Virus record (IMG/VR): IMGVR_UViG_3300045988_052780
Length of the DNA stretch: 64,000 nt
Source: a virus
Direction: 5' to 3' (one strand)
Below are positions 47,765 to 56,846 of this stretch, piece after piece (position 1 is the stretch's first letter; every line of letters begins with the position of its first letter). Position numbers and translations under genes: made by a program. A model generated the notes under the pieces. It was not told the DNA's origin. It did no database searches and was given only the letters and a program-made list of their open reading frames with translations.

Positions 47765-48118
47765 TTATTCGAAATAATCAGGAAATTTGTTTCGGAAGGA
47801 ATCATCAATTTTAAGTCCATCCAAATCCTCACAAACCGCCAGTTCCTCCAGAAGTGCGTCCTCTGAATCGTCCACTGCACCATTATCGGAGTTAATCAAT
47901 TCAATAAGAAGGTTTGCTTTCTGGGAAGTTAAATCAGTACCAATCCAGCTGACTATAACTTCTACAAAGAAATCATCGAACTCAAGAGAAGTACCTACAT
48001 CAGAGGCAGCAATCTCATTCTTCTTATCGAATAACTCTTTGATAACATCATCACTGATAGGTTCTTTAAATTTATCCCTAAGTACAGTGACCAATTGTGA
48101 TTGTTCTTTAAAGTTCAT
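47765..48118 (-). CDS. small highly acidic protein (DNA-mimic / anti-restriction candidate)
   Basis: 117 aa with a very high D/E fraction and no basic patches. Standalone gene flanked by long non-coding regions. Confidence 0.4.
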   Translation of the reverse strand: MNFKEQSQLVTVLRDKFKEPISDDVIKELFDKKNEIAASDVGTSLEFDDFFVEVIVSWIGTDLTSQKANLLIELINSDNGAVDDSEDALLEELAVCEDLDGLKIDDSFRNKFPDYFE

Positions 48119-48289
48119 ATGTGTATATGATAATTACAAATGCTAGCAACAGCTAACACGCACTTCGTAAGAAGTTATTACTAATACGTAATGATATAAT
48201 TCAATAGTATTGAATTTCACGGCATTCGTAATGCCTAAAGTAGACATATCCTCTCATATACATCCACTAGCTATATTAGAATAAAGAAT

Positions 48290-48613
48290 TTACCTTTTCC
48301 AAGATATAAACAAGTAACTACCTACCAATCCGGGATAACCTTCCTTATTAATTACTTTTACGAAGAATTGCTTCTCCTCGTAATATTTAAGAATGTCATC
48401 AATAGATTTTAGTTCGTCATCGTTTAAATCCATTACTAGACTAAAGTAATTATTCTCACTTTTAGCCTTAATAAAGCTGTCAGTAGTACTAATGAACCTC
48501 TTAAGTATAATTTCTTGAGTTACTACTTCATTGTACGTTGCAACCGAATATGCTTCCTCCGCATTCATTGAACTTCCTTCTAACAGTTTGCTGAAATCAA
48601 ATAACTTTCTCAT
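48290..48613 (-). CDS. hypothetical protein
   Basis: 107 aa ORF. Confidence 0.35.
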   Translation of the reverse strand: MRKLFDFSKLLEGSSMNAEEAYSVATYNEVVTQEIILKRFISTTDSFIKAKSENNYFSLVMDLNDDELKSIDDILKYYEEKQFFVKVINKEGYPGLVGSYLFISWKR

Positions 48614-48641
48614 AATCTAATTAATTTAAGCCTCCTTTTAG

Positions 48642-48715
48642 TGACTTGAGTGGGACTCTAACCCACAACCTGCTCCTTAGGACGGAGATGCTCTATACTA
48701 TTGAGCTATCAAGCC
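48642..48715 (-). tRNA. tRNA-Arg (anticodon CCT)
   Basis: Hand-folded cloverleaf on the minus strand: acceptor GGCTTGA/TCAAGTC, D stem GCTC/GAGC, anticodon stem CTCC/GGAG with loop GTCCTAA (U33, A37), T arm GTGGG-TTAGAGT-CCCAC. 74 nt. Confidence 0.7.
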
Positions 48716-48722
48716 TTGACGG

Positions 48723-49190
48723 TTACATACTAATAGATCCGGTATGTTTACCTCTTACTTTAACAGAGTTAGCAGTAATATCTCCCTCTACATCACCACC
48801 TACTTCGATGCTGTTAGCTTCTATACTACCTCCTACATTACCTTTAACTTTGACACTATTACCATGTACAGTAAGAGCGTTTCCATCAATGTCACATGTA
48901 TTACAGTTAAGCTCCTTTACATTACCAGTAAAACTGATATGTACACTATCATTATTGACTTCAGATATTAATTTACCATTCACATAAATTCTATTCTTTA
49001 TTTGTGACAGGGTAATATCATCTTCATCAATATCAAACGATTCATTGTCAATAAACAGTTTATTCATGATTCTTCTTATCCAGTTCATAGTACTTAATAA
49101 GTTTATCAAATGCTTTAACTCTAGCATTATGTCCTTCCTCACTATCAGGGGTCCACCAATAAGCTTTACCATACCTGTCTTTAGGAGCAT
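48723..49190 (-). CDS. repeat-containing beta-helix/bactofilin-like protein (putative)
   Basis: C-terminal half is built from repeats GN(S/A)VKV(K/R)G / GGSIEANSIEVGGDVEGDITANSVKV. Confidence 0.3.
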   Translation of the reverse strand: MLLKTGMVKLIGGPLIVRKDIMLELKHLINLLSTMNWIRRIMNKLFIDNESFDIDEDDITLSQIKNRIYVNGKLISEVNNDSVHISFTGNVKELNCNTCDIDGNALTVHGNSVKVKGNVGGSIEANSIEVGGDVEGDITANSVKVRGKHTGSISM

Positions 49191-49368
49191 CTAGAAACTT
49201 CCTGTTAAATTCTGGAATCATGGTAATTATATCACGTTGGCTATAAATAGTGATTCCACGTTCGGTTCCTGCCATAGCGTGTTCTATACAGAAACACATT
49301 CCCCAGTATTCAGGGTGGGTTACAAATAATTCTTTAGCTTTTTTAAGAACACTTACAACATCTGTCAT
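49060..49368 (-). CDS. hypothetical protein
   Basis: 102 aa ORF overlapping the previous ORF's 5' end in another frame. Confidence 0.35.
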   Translation of the reverse strand: MTDVVSVLKKAKELFVTHPEYWGMCFCIEHAMAGTERGITIYSQRDIITMIPEFNRKFLDAPKDRYGKAYWWTPDSEEGHNARVKAFDKLIKYYELDKKNHE

Positions 49369-49541
49369 TTCACTTTAGATTTAGTTAGTTGGCCAATCAT
49401 TTGATTTCTAAAGCCCTCAACTTGATGGGGACATATATTAGTAATCCATTCTTTAAAATATCTATGATATTTAGTGTGATTACTTTTATAGAACTCTCTT
49501 TCCAACCAGTTATACAATTCTCTTTCCATATTTATTAAATT

Positions 49542-49613
49542 AGTAGTCTTATTCAGAATCGAACTGAAACCTCCATATCCGTAGTATGGTATTCTATCCG
49601 TTAAACTATAAGA
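49542..49613 (-). tRNA. tRNA-Arg (anticodon ACG)
   Basis: Minus-strand cloverleaf: acceptor AGTCTTA/TAAGACT, anticodon stem CCATA/TATGG with loop CTACGGA, T arm TTCAG-TTCGATT-CTGAA. The D stem is weak (GTTT/GAAT with G-U pairs). 72 nt. Confidence 0.6.
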
Positions 49614-49847
49614 CTAAAGAATAGAGGGTGTGCTGTTACGCCAAATGCTCTGACTGAGTTTCACTCTTATCTCGTTTACCTTCCTCCGTCTATATAGGCA
49701 GTTTCAACATGAGTATTCTAAACGACATTATTACATTCTTGATTCGAGGCTATCAGTAAGGATGCTGCCTAATTATACTTCAATAGAAACCTACTCGCAA
49801 CTCTTTAAATGATGGCCGCTTTTAAGCCTACATCCCCTCTATTATAA

Positions 49848-50108
49848 TTATTCTATACCATAGTACATTAAGTACAATACTTGCTGCCTTAAACCGTATC
49901 TACGTGTAACAACATTGGCATTAAACCTTCCAGTTATGGCTACATTAATGCTTCTCTTCAATTTGTCGGCAGTAAATGATTTACCAGTAGTACCAATTAA
50001 TCCATTAGGTTCATCAGCGCAAATAAAATCTACAGCTTCAAATAACTGTTCTTTGGTCTCTGCACTATTTACCTTTTGCCACTTCTCTAATTCTCTCTCA
50101 GAATTCAT
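49848..50108 (-). CDS. hypothetical protein
   Basis: 86 aa ORF. Confidence 0.35.
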   Translation of the reverse strand: MNSERELEKWQKVNSAETKEQLFEAVDFICADEPNGLIGTTGKSFTADKLKRSINVAITGRFNANVVTRRYGLRQQVLYLMYYGIE

Positions 50109-50111
50109 AAC

Positions 50112-50486
50112 TTAAGACAATGCTTCAAGCTCTTTAGCCAATTCTTCATAAGATTTACTCTCAAGCTCTGCATCCTGTTTCTTAGCCATGAGATCAAGAA
50201 TCTTTTGACGCTTAGCTTTCTTCTCAGCAGCTACAATGCGTTCTTCCTGTTCCTGTAACTTAACGTCAATAATGTGTTTTACAATATTGAATTTCAGTTC
50301 AAGTTCAGTGGCGTCTTTAGTACGAGTCTTAATGAAACTTTCGGTTTGTGATTCCTTTAGCCTCTTATTAAGATTAATAGCAATAGGATCAAGTTGTTCC
50401 AGAGATAAATCCCACAAATCTTCAACAGATAATACTCCACGATTAGTGGAATAACGTAATTTTACCCTTGATGCTTTCTCAAACAT
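50112..50486 (-). CDS. hypothetical coiled-coil protein
   Basis: 124 aa ORF. Confidence 0.35.
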   Translation of the reverse strand: MFEKASRVKLRYSTNRGVLSVEDLWDLSLEQLDPIAINLNKRLKESQTESFIKTRTKDATELELKFNIVKHIIDVKLQEQEERIVAAEKKAKRQKILDLMAKKQDAELESKSYEELAKELEALS

Positions 50487-50497
50487 AACATTTTCAT

Positions 50498-52510
50498 TTA
50501 AAAGTTAACTTTAATGGTTCTTGTAAAGCTGCCAGTAACTTTACAGATAACACTATTGCGGATGGTAGATGAGAATCCTAAACCACTCAACTGATTATCA
50601 GAATAAGGAGCCTTCATCTTATTAGCTAACATCTCAAATGTCTTACGATCCTGAGATAGTTCACTCCTAAGATATTCGTTAAAGAATCCTCTTACTGGAG
50701 ATGGATTCTTGCACCCATCTAAGATAAAGAAATAGTGTTTATTGCCTACTTCTGCACCGTTCCAATAATTTGGAGACAGAGTGAGTAACGATACCTTATG
50801 GAATTTGTTAGTAGACAAGTGCCACGTCTCTTTATCACTTGAATTACTCGGAAGGACATCATGTATGACAATTCCCTTGGCCTTAGAATACTCAAATCTG
50901 GCTACTGTCACTTTATCACGACCTCGAAGATCTGTTGTGTAGGTATACTCACGTACTTCTCCGTTACATTCAATTTCAACAGTAAATCCAACATCGTGAT
51001 AATCTCTTTTGCAGAAATTGTGTACATATACGGTATACATACCTTCCATACGTGGTTCATCCTCCCAGATAACGTTCTCTACTGGTTTACGAGAATGTAT
51101 ACCACCAGCATTCATGTCAACATCTAGCACCCCACCAGAAGCTCCAGTTCTATGTGAATAATAGATTTCATTATCACGTGGTTGTATGATATGGATGTCT
51201 AAATCATCACCATTATACCATGCAAGAGAACACCTTAGATATCCATTCACCTTACCTCCAGCAGCCTGCACCTTATCCTTAATAGAAGAATCTGCAAGGT
51301 CTCCATTGTATGTCCAAGCGAAATTGTTTGGCCATTTAAATAGATTCTTTGCATCTTTATTAGATGGAGCTGTTAGAGTCATAAGGTTGTTTATATGTCT
51401 ACTTTCTAATAGAACTTCTATACTGGTAGCATTGGGAACAACATCCTTAATAAAGTCCTCAATTGATATTTCAGCAACAGTACCTAATTTCTTAGGATTA
51501 ACTGGAATATCTTCCGCTAAATCTTGGAATACACTATTCCCAAGCATTGACTTCTTAGCATTTCTATCAGCAAAGATTACATCATTAACTGTAATGTCAG
51601 TAATTTCTGCATGTCGCCTTGGAAGTGCATCCATTAGCCCTAGTTCAATAACCCTAGCTTCAGCAGCTTGAATCATCTTCTTAGTAGCTATTGTCTTAGG
51701 TCTTTGATAATTAGCAGGAGCTACTATTCTCTCGTAAGCTCTTACACTTTCATCAAGTTCACGTCCATTGGAGATGTCTACAAGCAAAGTGCCTATAGCA
51801 GTATTCCTAATACGTCCTACATATCCAACTTTAGCAGATTCAACCCAGCAGAAATTATCACGTTCCTCGCGGGGTACTACTTCATATTTCTTCTTAAGTG
51901 CAACAAATGCCTCTAGATCGGATTTGTACTGGTCTCCACGATACAAAGAACCTTGTGAAATCAAATCCAGAACAATGTCAAAAGCATCCATGGATAACTC
52001 ATCCAAAGCCCGCTTCAATACTGTTTTATTGGTACGAAGTGCTCCTCTTACTGCTTCTTCAGAATCAGATACTGCACAAAGTAAATGATTAGGAAGCTTG
52101 TAAAATAAATGATTCCATGTATGTACGTGTCTCGTAGGAGTTTCTATCCACACATTGTTCTTATCTGTACCCAGTTTAACCACCTTACTAACAAATACGT
52201 CACATACTGGTTTAGATTTAACAAGTTGGGCTAAGTTTCTGGCTACTGTAGCATAAGGTTCATCTAACACTAAGGAATCCCAAATACTTACTAACTTGTT
52301 ATTAACTATTGCAACTACATTGCCATAAGGTTTGATAAATTGACGACAGCAATTACATGTATGTGATTGTCTCTCGTCTTCTGGATAAGAATCTATGTAA
52401 CAATCCCACAGCTCATCCTTATTAACATTAGTTAAATACAATCTATCAGCATTATTAGCTAAGGCATCAAATTGCTTATAAACTGCTCGTTTAAAATCAA
52501 TAAATTCCAC
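50498..52510 (-). CDS. large hypothetical protein (670 aa) with N-terminal Cys cluster
   Basis: Long uninterrupted ORF containing HTCNCCRQF. No catalytic motif recognised. Confidence 0.5.
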   Translation of the reverse strand: MEFIDFKRAVYKQFDALANNADRLYLTNVNKDELWDCYIDSYPEDERQSHTCNCCRQFIKPYGNVVAIVNNKLVSIWDSLVLDEPYATVARNLAQLVKSKPVCDVFVSKVVKLGTDKNNVWIETPTRHVHTWNHLFYKLPNHLLCAVSDSEEAVRGALRTNKTVLKRALDELSMDAFDIVLDLISQGSLYRGDQYKSDLEAFVALKKKYEVVPREERDNFCWVESAKVGYVGRIRNTAIGTLLVDISNGRELDESVRAYERIVAPANYQRPKTIATKKMIQAAEARVIELGLMDALPRRHAEITDITVNDVIFADRNAKKSMLGNSVFQDLAEDIPVNPKKLGTVAEISIEDFIKDVVPNATSIEVLLESRHINNLMTLTAPSNKDAKNLFKWPNNFAWTYNGDLADSSIKDKVQAAGGKVNGYLRCSLAWYNGDDLDIHIIQPRDNEIYYSHRTGASGGVLDVDMNAGGIHSRKPVENVIWEDEPRMEGMYTVYVHNFCKRDYHDVGFTVEIECNGEVREYTYTTDLRGRDKVTVARFEYSKAKGIVIHDVLPSNSSDKETWHLSTNKFHKVSLLTLSPNYWNGAEVGNKHYFFILDGCKNPSPVRGFFNEYLRSELSQDRKTFEMLANKMKAPYSDNQLSGLGFSSTIRNSVICKVTGSFTRTIKVNF

Positions 52511-52522
52511 GATAATTAAATT

Positions 52523-53344
52523 TTATAAAGGTTTTACATTATCAAAGATAGCATCACTGGCTTCTTCTCCCCATTTAGAATAGATAACAACACCTATTGG
52601 GGTCACTTGGAATACAAATGGATCAATACTTCGCGGCATTACTCTTATCTCAGTTTCAGTAAAAGATACCAGTTGTTGCATATCGTCTACTGGTGCAGCT
52701 ATAAATAAGTCTGTAGATTTACAGGCAGTATGAGACATAGTTACTCCCTCAGTTCTTCCATTCCAATACTTGGCAAATGGATACGCTAGAAGTTCTTTCT
52801 TGTGGTATTGTAAGAATATTAGACCTTCGGGAACAGGCTCTTCACGATAAAAGTTATAGTGAGAGTATGGATTTGAAGTACTACTCCTTCTGACATTGAC
52901 TTTTACGTTAGTAATAAGAGCATTATCACGATTAGAGTATTTATTATCCGTTAACGAGTCTAGTGTAGTCTTAGTAGCCAAGATTTCATTTAGATTATCT
53001 TCTGGTATATCACCTTTATAATACGATAGTGGCCCGGATACCAATCCATACTTAACATTCAGATTAATAAAATCTTCCTCTTTGAGTATAATGCATCCAG
53101 GGAAGTTCTGCGAGAAGAAGTTATAGCATTTAAAAGTCTCTAAGTTATTCATATACTTCTCAGCATCTGTAATAACTGAAGAGTGATCAAATCCTAGTAA
53201 CTTAGCTTTCTCAGCTTTCTCAATTGCAACATGATTCATCTCTAAGCTTCTGGTTTGTTGCAACCAGTTTAAGCTAGCTAATATATAAGCTTGATGAATC
53301 TCTAGAGCTCCTATTTGGGGTCTAGTACCAATTTGTGTGTCCAT
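52523..53344 (-). CDS. hypothetical protein, paralog family B member 1
   Basis: Shares KYGLVSGPLSYYKGDIPEDNLNEI (compare KYNLACGPISTYKGVIPEENIEAI) and the C-terminal ...GVVIYSKWGEEASDAIFDN block with 57672..58475. Confidence 0.5.
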   Translation of the reverse strand: MDTQIGTRPQIGALEIHQAYILASLNWLQQTRSLEMNHVAIEKAEKAKLLGFDHSSVITDAEKYMNNLETFKCYNFFSQNFPGCIILKEEDFINLNVKYGLVSGPLSYYKGDIPEDNLNEILATKTTLDSLTDNKYSNRDNALITNVKVNVRRSSTSNPYSHYNFYREEPVPEGLIFLQYHKKELLAYPFAKYWNGRTEGVTMSHTACKSTDLFIAAPVDDMQQLVSFTETEIRVMPRSIDPFVFQVTPIGVVIYSKWGEEASDAIFDNVKPL

Positions 53345-53434
53345 AATCTTTATGCTTTCTTTTTAATAGAACCTGGTCTTGTAGTAGCCCTTTTGAATGT
53401 ATCAGACTGCTTATCCCACCATGCTTGACGGTCT

Positions 53435-53896
53435 CTAAGACGTTGTTGTTTCTTCTTGTATTTCATACATATTTAAGTTTAATTCATTGCTAGCATTATA
53501 AGCAAGCTTATCAGCTTTCTCATTATACTCAGAACCATTATGTCCTTTGACCCATCTCACGTCTATAAGCTTATGACGTTCAATAGCCCTATCAAGTCTA
53601 GCCCATAAGTCAGTATTAGCTTTCCTTTTCCAGTTCTTAGTAAGAGTACCTACTATATACATGGAATCAGTAACTATAATGACTTCTGAGCTAGTTTTAA
53701 TGGATTCTAATGCGACTATAACTGCCATTAGTTCCATTCTTTGATTAGTACTATTTACATACATTTTACTGTAGGAGAATACTTCCTTTCCATCTTCCAC
53801 GATAACGAATCCTATTCCACCTTGATTTCTAGCAGGAGAGTATGCTCCATCAGTAAATATTGTATACTTATGCATCAGCTGTAGGATCTTCAACAA
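53435..53896 (-). CDS. rnh: ribonuclease H (RNase HI type)
   Basis: IFTDGAYS...GIGFVI at the N-terminus and C-terminal WVKGHNGSEYNEKADKLA (canonical WVKGHxG..NExAD). Confidence 0.85.
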   Translation of the reverse strand: MLKILQLMHKYTIFTDGAYSPARNQGGIGFVIVEDGKEVFSYSKMYVNSTNQRMELMAVIVALESIKTSSEVIIVTDSMYIVGTLTKNWKRKANTDLWARLDRAIERHKLIDVRWVKGHNGSEYNEKADKLAYNASNELNLNMYEIQEETTTS

Positions 53897-54446
53897 AATC
53901 TTCGTCGGAATCTGTTTCAGCTTCTGTTGCTTTGTGAAGTAAATGTAATGTCCACATTCCTAATACGAATGCAACATACAGTTCATCCTCAGGCTCTTCA
54001 TATGTAAGCTGATCTAATACAGCATTACATACTTCCATCAATGAGAAATCATCCTTAGACATTTCTTCATCAGATATCTTAGTCATATCATTTACATAAG
54101 GTCTAACTTTCTGTATAGCCATATCAAATGACTTAGATAGTCGCAAACCCTTATCACCAGCATCTATAGCTGCATGAAGAGGTTCTTGTAACTCATCTCT
54201 AAGATATCCTAATGCAAAGGCTCTAGTTATGTCTCCTTTAGCTAAATCTAAGAAAGACTCAGCATTAAGAAACTCGTCTAATTCAAATTCGATGTCTTTA
54301 ATGTCTATTAATTTACCCATTTGATTATTGAAGTAAACTTCCAATCTTATCGGCCATGGAAGTTGCTTTATTAGAGACTTCGCTAAGATTAGCTGTCTCA
54401 GTTTGTAATAAAATAATCTCTTGTTCCTTAGCTGCTTTCTCATCAT
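53868..54446 (-). CDS. hypothetical acidic protein
   Basis: 192 aa ORF. Confidence 0.4.
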   Translation of the reverse strand: MMRKQLRNKRLFYYKLRQLILAKSLIKQLPWPIRLEVYFNNQMGKLIDIKDIEFELDEFLNAESFLDLAKGDITRAFALGYLRDELQEPLHAAIDAGDKGLRLSKSFDMAIQKVRPYVNDMTKISDEEMSKDDFSLMEVCNAVLDQLTYEEPEDELYVAFVLGMWTLHLLHKATEAETDSDEDFVEDPTADA

Positions 54447-54567
54447 CTGCTCTTTTAGCTACATCACGTAACTTATTAACAGTAGACTGAAATGCATCAA
54501 TAATCTTGGAAGATTCTTCTGCCAGAGAAGAACTAGTAATCTTATTTACTTTCTTACCTATTATCAT
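54325..54567 (-). CDS. hypothetical small coiled-coil protein
   Basis: 80 aa. Overlaps the previous ORF's 5' region in another frame. Confidence 0.3.
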   Translation of the reverse strand: MIIGKKVNKITSSSLAEESSKIIDAFQSTVNKLRDVAKRADDEKAAKEQEIILLQTETANLSEVSNKATSMADKIGSLLQ

Positions 54568-54601
54568 AAGAGTTATTTAGTTACAAGACTTAAGGGATGT
54601 C

Positions 54602-54670
54602 GCCATCAGAGGATTCGAACCCCTGCCACTACGCGTACTGTGGACCCGATCAAAACGATTGTTAATGGCG
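54602..54670 (-). pseudogene. degenerate tRNA-like element (intact T arm and acceptor stem; D and anticodon arms do not fold)
   Basis: Minus strand reads ...AGGGG-TTCGAAT-CCTCT-GATGGCG-A at the 3' side, pairing with CGCCATT at 54664..54670. The intervening 39 nt contains palindrome TACGCGTA but no canonical D or anticodon stem-loop. Confidence 0.3.
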
Positions 54671-54983
54671 TTGGAGCAGTGATTAAGACTTATGTCCCTA
54701 AAGAGGTATGCTGCAACCACCCCACTCCTTGTACTTCGGAGCACATCTTATTCCATATGCTAGACTCTGCTTTAGTCTTCATCGCCAGAGTTAATTATAA
54801 TCCAGTCTCTAGCCTGGTTTCATTTTCACTTGCTTAAACTTACCACACTTAGTGCATACCAAAAGGTATACATGGGAATAAGGAATTTCTTCATCATTCA
54901 TGTATACATTCATGTGCTTTAATTCCTTCCAATTATGCCGACACGTTAGTTTCAGTATCCAATTCTTTAATAGCTCTTTCATA

Positions 54984-55268
54984 TTACAATATTTTAGTCA
55001 CTTTGCCAAACACGGATTTAGTCCATCCATTAATCTTACCATGATTGTTGCCTATAAGGACTCCTCTATCTCCCTTAGCTTTGACTAAGTGAGTATAGTA
55101 TCTACCTTTGACTTTACAAAAGACAATATCTCCCACTTCTACTTTATCTAGGGTTACTGGACTTAAGACATGCTTTTGTCCCGATTTGATTAGAGGAGTC
55201 ATGGAATTTCCCTTCTCTGAAGTTACGAAGGAGTTTCCTTCTGCCAACATCTTTACCTTGTATAGCAT
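54984..55268 (-). CDS. hypothetical protein
   Basis: 94 aa ORF. Confidence 0.35.
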   Translation of the reverse strand: MLYKVKMLAEGNSFVTSEKGNSMTPLIKSGQKHVLSPVTLDKVEVGDIVFCKVKGRYYTHLVKAKGDRGVLIGNNHGKINGWTKSVFGKVTKIL

Positions 55269-55641
55269 TAGCCATTAATTGCATTTCGTAAATAAAGTTT
55301 AATCTCTGTTCCATTCTAGAACCGTTAGTTATTCTCTCAAACATAGATAAATGTCCTCCATTGCCACATAAACAATATTCCATTAAAGTGTCATATCGTT
55401 GTTTCTTAGCCTCTAGCTCGGCTTCTGGAATGGGATATCTCTTAAGTTCAAGACCTCTATATAAATCAACAAGTTCGCCCAATGTAGATGACAGTTTTAA
55501 TAATGCCATTACATTGGGCGCACGATGCCTTTCACATTTATTGACGTATTCCTCTAAAGCTAAATCCCAGTCACCGAATACATATTTGACTTGTGACAAT
55601 TCAATTTCAGTAACCTTTCTTAGAAATTCATAAATCTTCAT
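55144..55641 (-). CDS. hypothetical protein
   Basis: 165 aa. Its 3' part overlaps 54984..55268 in another frame, so one of the two may be shorter. Confidence 0.4.
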   Translation of the reverse strand: MKIYEFLRKVTEIELSQVKYVFGDWDLALEEYVNKCERHRAPNVMALLKLSSTLGELVDLYRGLELKRYPIPEAELEAKKQRYDTLMEYCLCGNGGHLSMFERITNGSRMEQRLNFIYEMQLMANAIQGKDVGRRKLLRNFREGKFHDSSNQIGTKACLKSSNPR

Positions 55642-55786
55642 TATTAACTGCTTTAGACGTTACTACCTTATTTTCAGTCCTTTCTTTAGTCTTGATAGCA
55701 GACTTACAAGCCTTCTTTCTCATTACTAACGGACAATCACAATACCCTGCTGGATTATACCAACAACAATAATCACACTGATGCAT
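55628..55786 (-). CDS. small Cys-rich protein (start moved to internal Met to avoid tRNA overlap)
   Basis: The track ORF 55628..55837 would overlap tRNA-Leu by 33 nt. Internal Met18 gives MHQCDYCCWYNPAGYCDCP. Confidence 0.35.
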   Translation of the reverse strand: MHQCDYCCWYNPAGYCDCPLVMRKKACKSAIKTKERTENKVVTSKAVNNEDL

Positions 55787-55804
55787 ACAACATAATTTTA
55801 ATTG

Positions 55805-55890
55805 TAGCCAGAACGGGAGTCGAACCCGCACGAGCACTTCTGCCCACCAGATTTTAAGTCTGACGCGTCTACCAGTTCCGCCATCTGGCC
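55805..55890 (-). tRNA. tRNA-Leu (anticodon TAA), type II with long variable arm
   Basis: Acceptor GGCCAGA/TCTGGCT, 3 bp D stem GCG/CGC with loop GAACTGGTAGA (as in E. coli tRNA-Leu), anticodon stem TCAGA/TCTGG with loop CTTAAAA, 17 nt variable arm, T arm GCGGG-TTCGACT-CCCGT. 86 nt. Confidence 0.7.
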
Positions 55891-55897
55891 ATCCTTG

Positions 55898-56056
55898 TTA
55901 CACAATACATGCAAGAAGAAGTAACATTATTGTAGTTACCATTGATATGGAGAACATTACTTTAATGAATTTATCATTGGCATTCCATATCATTGCTAGA
56001 ACTGCACTTCCTAGGGACATTGCAGCTAAAGTTACCAATACACATCTTAAAACCAT
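55898..56056 (-). CDS. small hydrophobic membrane peptide (52 aa, below track cutoff)
   Basis: MVLRCVLVTLAAMSLGSAVLAMIWNAN...TTIMLLLLACIV fills the gap between tRNA-Leu and the next ORF. Confidence 0.3.
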   Translation of the reverse strand: MVLRCVLVTLAAMSLGSAVLAMIWNANDKFIKVMFSISMVTTIMLLLLACIV

Positions 56057-56120
56057 CATATTTCACACTGCTCTTCATTTAATCTATCAATCCAGTTGAT
56101 TAATAGACGATACAACCATT

Positions 56121-56390
56121 TCATTTCCTTAATACTTTCTTTGCATATTCACCATAGGAACCATGTCTCTTCATAAACGGAGTTAGAAACCTATAATCGA
56201 ATTTATAATCACATACATCATAATCGTTCACAATCTCCCTACTAGAAGAAATCTCATAGTCTAGGATATCTTTAAGTGTTAGAATATCTCTAGTCTGTTG
56301 CCTTTGGTGTCTCTTAACCCTTCGGTTATACCAATTGCGTTTAACTTTAGGTCCTTTAACAATAGGAATTTTACGTCTACTTCTAGTCAT
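56121..56390 (-). CDS. hypothetical very basic protein
   Basis: 89 aa. The N-terminus MTRSRRKIPIVKGPKVKRNWYNRRVKRHQRQQTR is Arg/Lys-rich. Confidence 0.35.
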   Translation of the reverse strand: MTRSRRKIPIVKGPKVKRNWYNRRVKRHQRQQTRDILTLKDILDYEISSSREIVNDYDVCDYKFDYRFLTPFMKRHGSYGEYAKKVLRK

Positions 56391-56784
56391 TTAATACATA
56401 ATCACAATAAGTATCAACAAAATCTTTGGCTTCTTTCAAACCACATTTGGTAGACTCCTTTACATGCTTAACTGCTTGTAGTTTGGTACCCCTCTGCACA
56501 AGCTGCTTCATCTTAAAAAAGTCTTCACATGACAAATCAATTGTATTATTCCAACGCTTCTCGTATGCAAGCATTGCATCATTATACTCTTGAGGATGTT
56601 CTGTCCAAGTGATTTGCTGGTCCAGGATAACTGTACAAGTTCCATCAAGTATATCATACTCTCTGGAATCTACAGTAAATTTGCCAGCTTCTAGCACCAC
56701 TGTGTCTGTAGGGAATGGAATCATCTCTGATGAGATTGATACTTCCTCTATTGTCTTATCGTCTTTTACAAACTTTACGTACAT
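56383..56784 (-). CDS. hypothetical protein
   Basis: 133 aa ORF. Confidence 0.4.
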   Translation of the reverse strand: MYVKFVKDDKTIEEVSISSEMIPFPTDTVVLEAGKFTVDSREYDILDGTCTVILDQQITWTEHPQEYNDAMLAYEKRWNNTIDLSCEDFFKMKQLVQRGTKLQAVKHVKESTKCGLKEAKDFVDTYCDYVLND

Positions 56785-56809
56785 AATCTTTAAGTATTAA
56801 TTAGTAATG

Positions 56810-56846
56810 TGGCGAGAAGGTGACTCGAACACCCAACCTTGCGATT
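56810..56846 (-). tRNA. tRNA-Met/Ile2 (anticodon CAT), 3' exon
   Basis: AA-TCGCA (anticodon 3' stem), AGGTT, GGGTG-TTCGAGT-CACCT, TCTCGCC-A. The acceptor 3' strand is exactly complementary to GGCGAGA at 57544..57550. Confidence 0.6.

Noticed and set aside
48646-48987. 113 aa plus-strand ORF
   Set aside because: Its 5' end is the reverse complement of tRNA-Arg(CCT), and the rest is antisense to the repeat-protein gene.
49735-49760. Possible tRNA T-loop (TTGATTCGAGG)
   Set aside because: No acceptor, D or anticodon stems could be built around it on either strand.
51186-52092. Cluster of plus-strand ORFs (161, 82, 106 and 64 aa)
   Set aside because: All lie antisense within the 670 aa minus-strand gene. 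Ser/Leu-rich, no start-site context.
54602-54670. Canonical tRNA call for the T-arm-bearing element
   Set aside because: Only the T arm and acceptor stem fold. Kept as a degenerate tRNA-like feature rather than a functional tRNA.
54809-54972. Possible small minus-strand ORF (about 55 aa, C/H-containing) in the non-coding gap
   Set aside because: Hand translation did not give a clean in-frame ORF between the candidate ATG and stop. Left unannotated.
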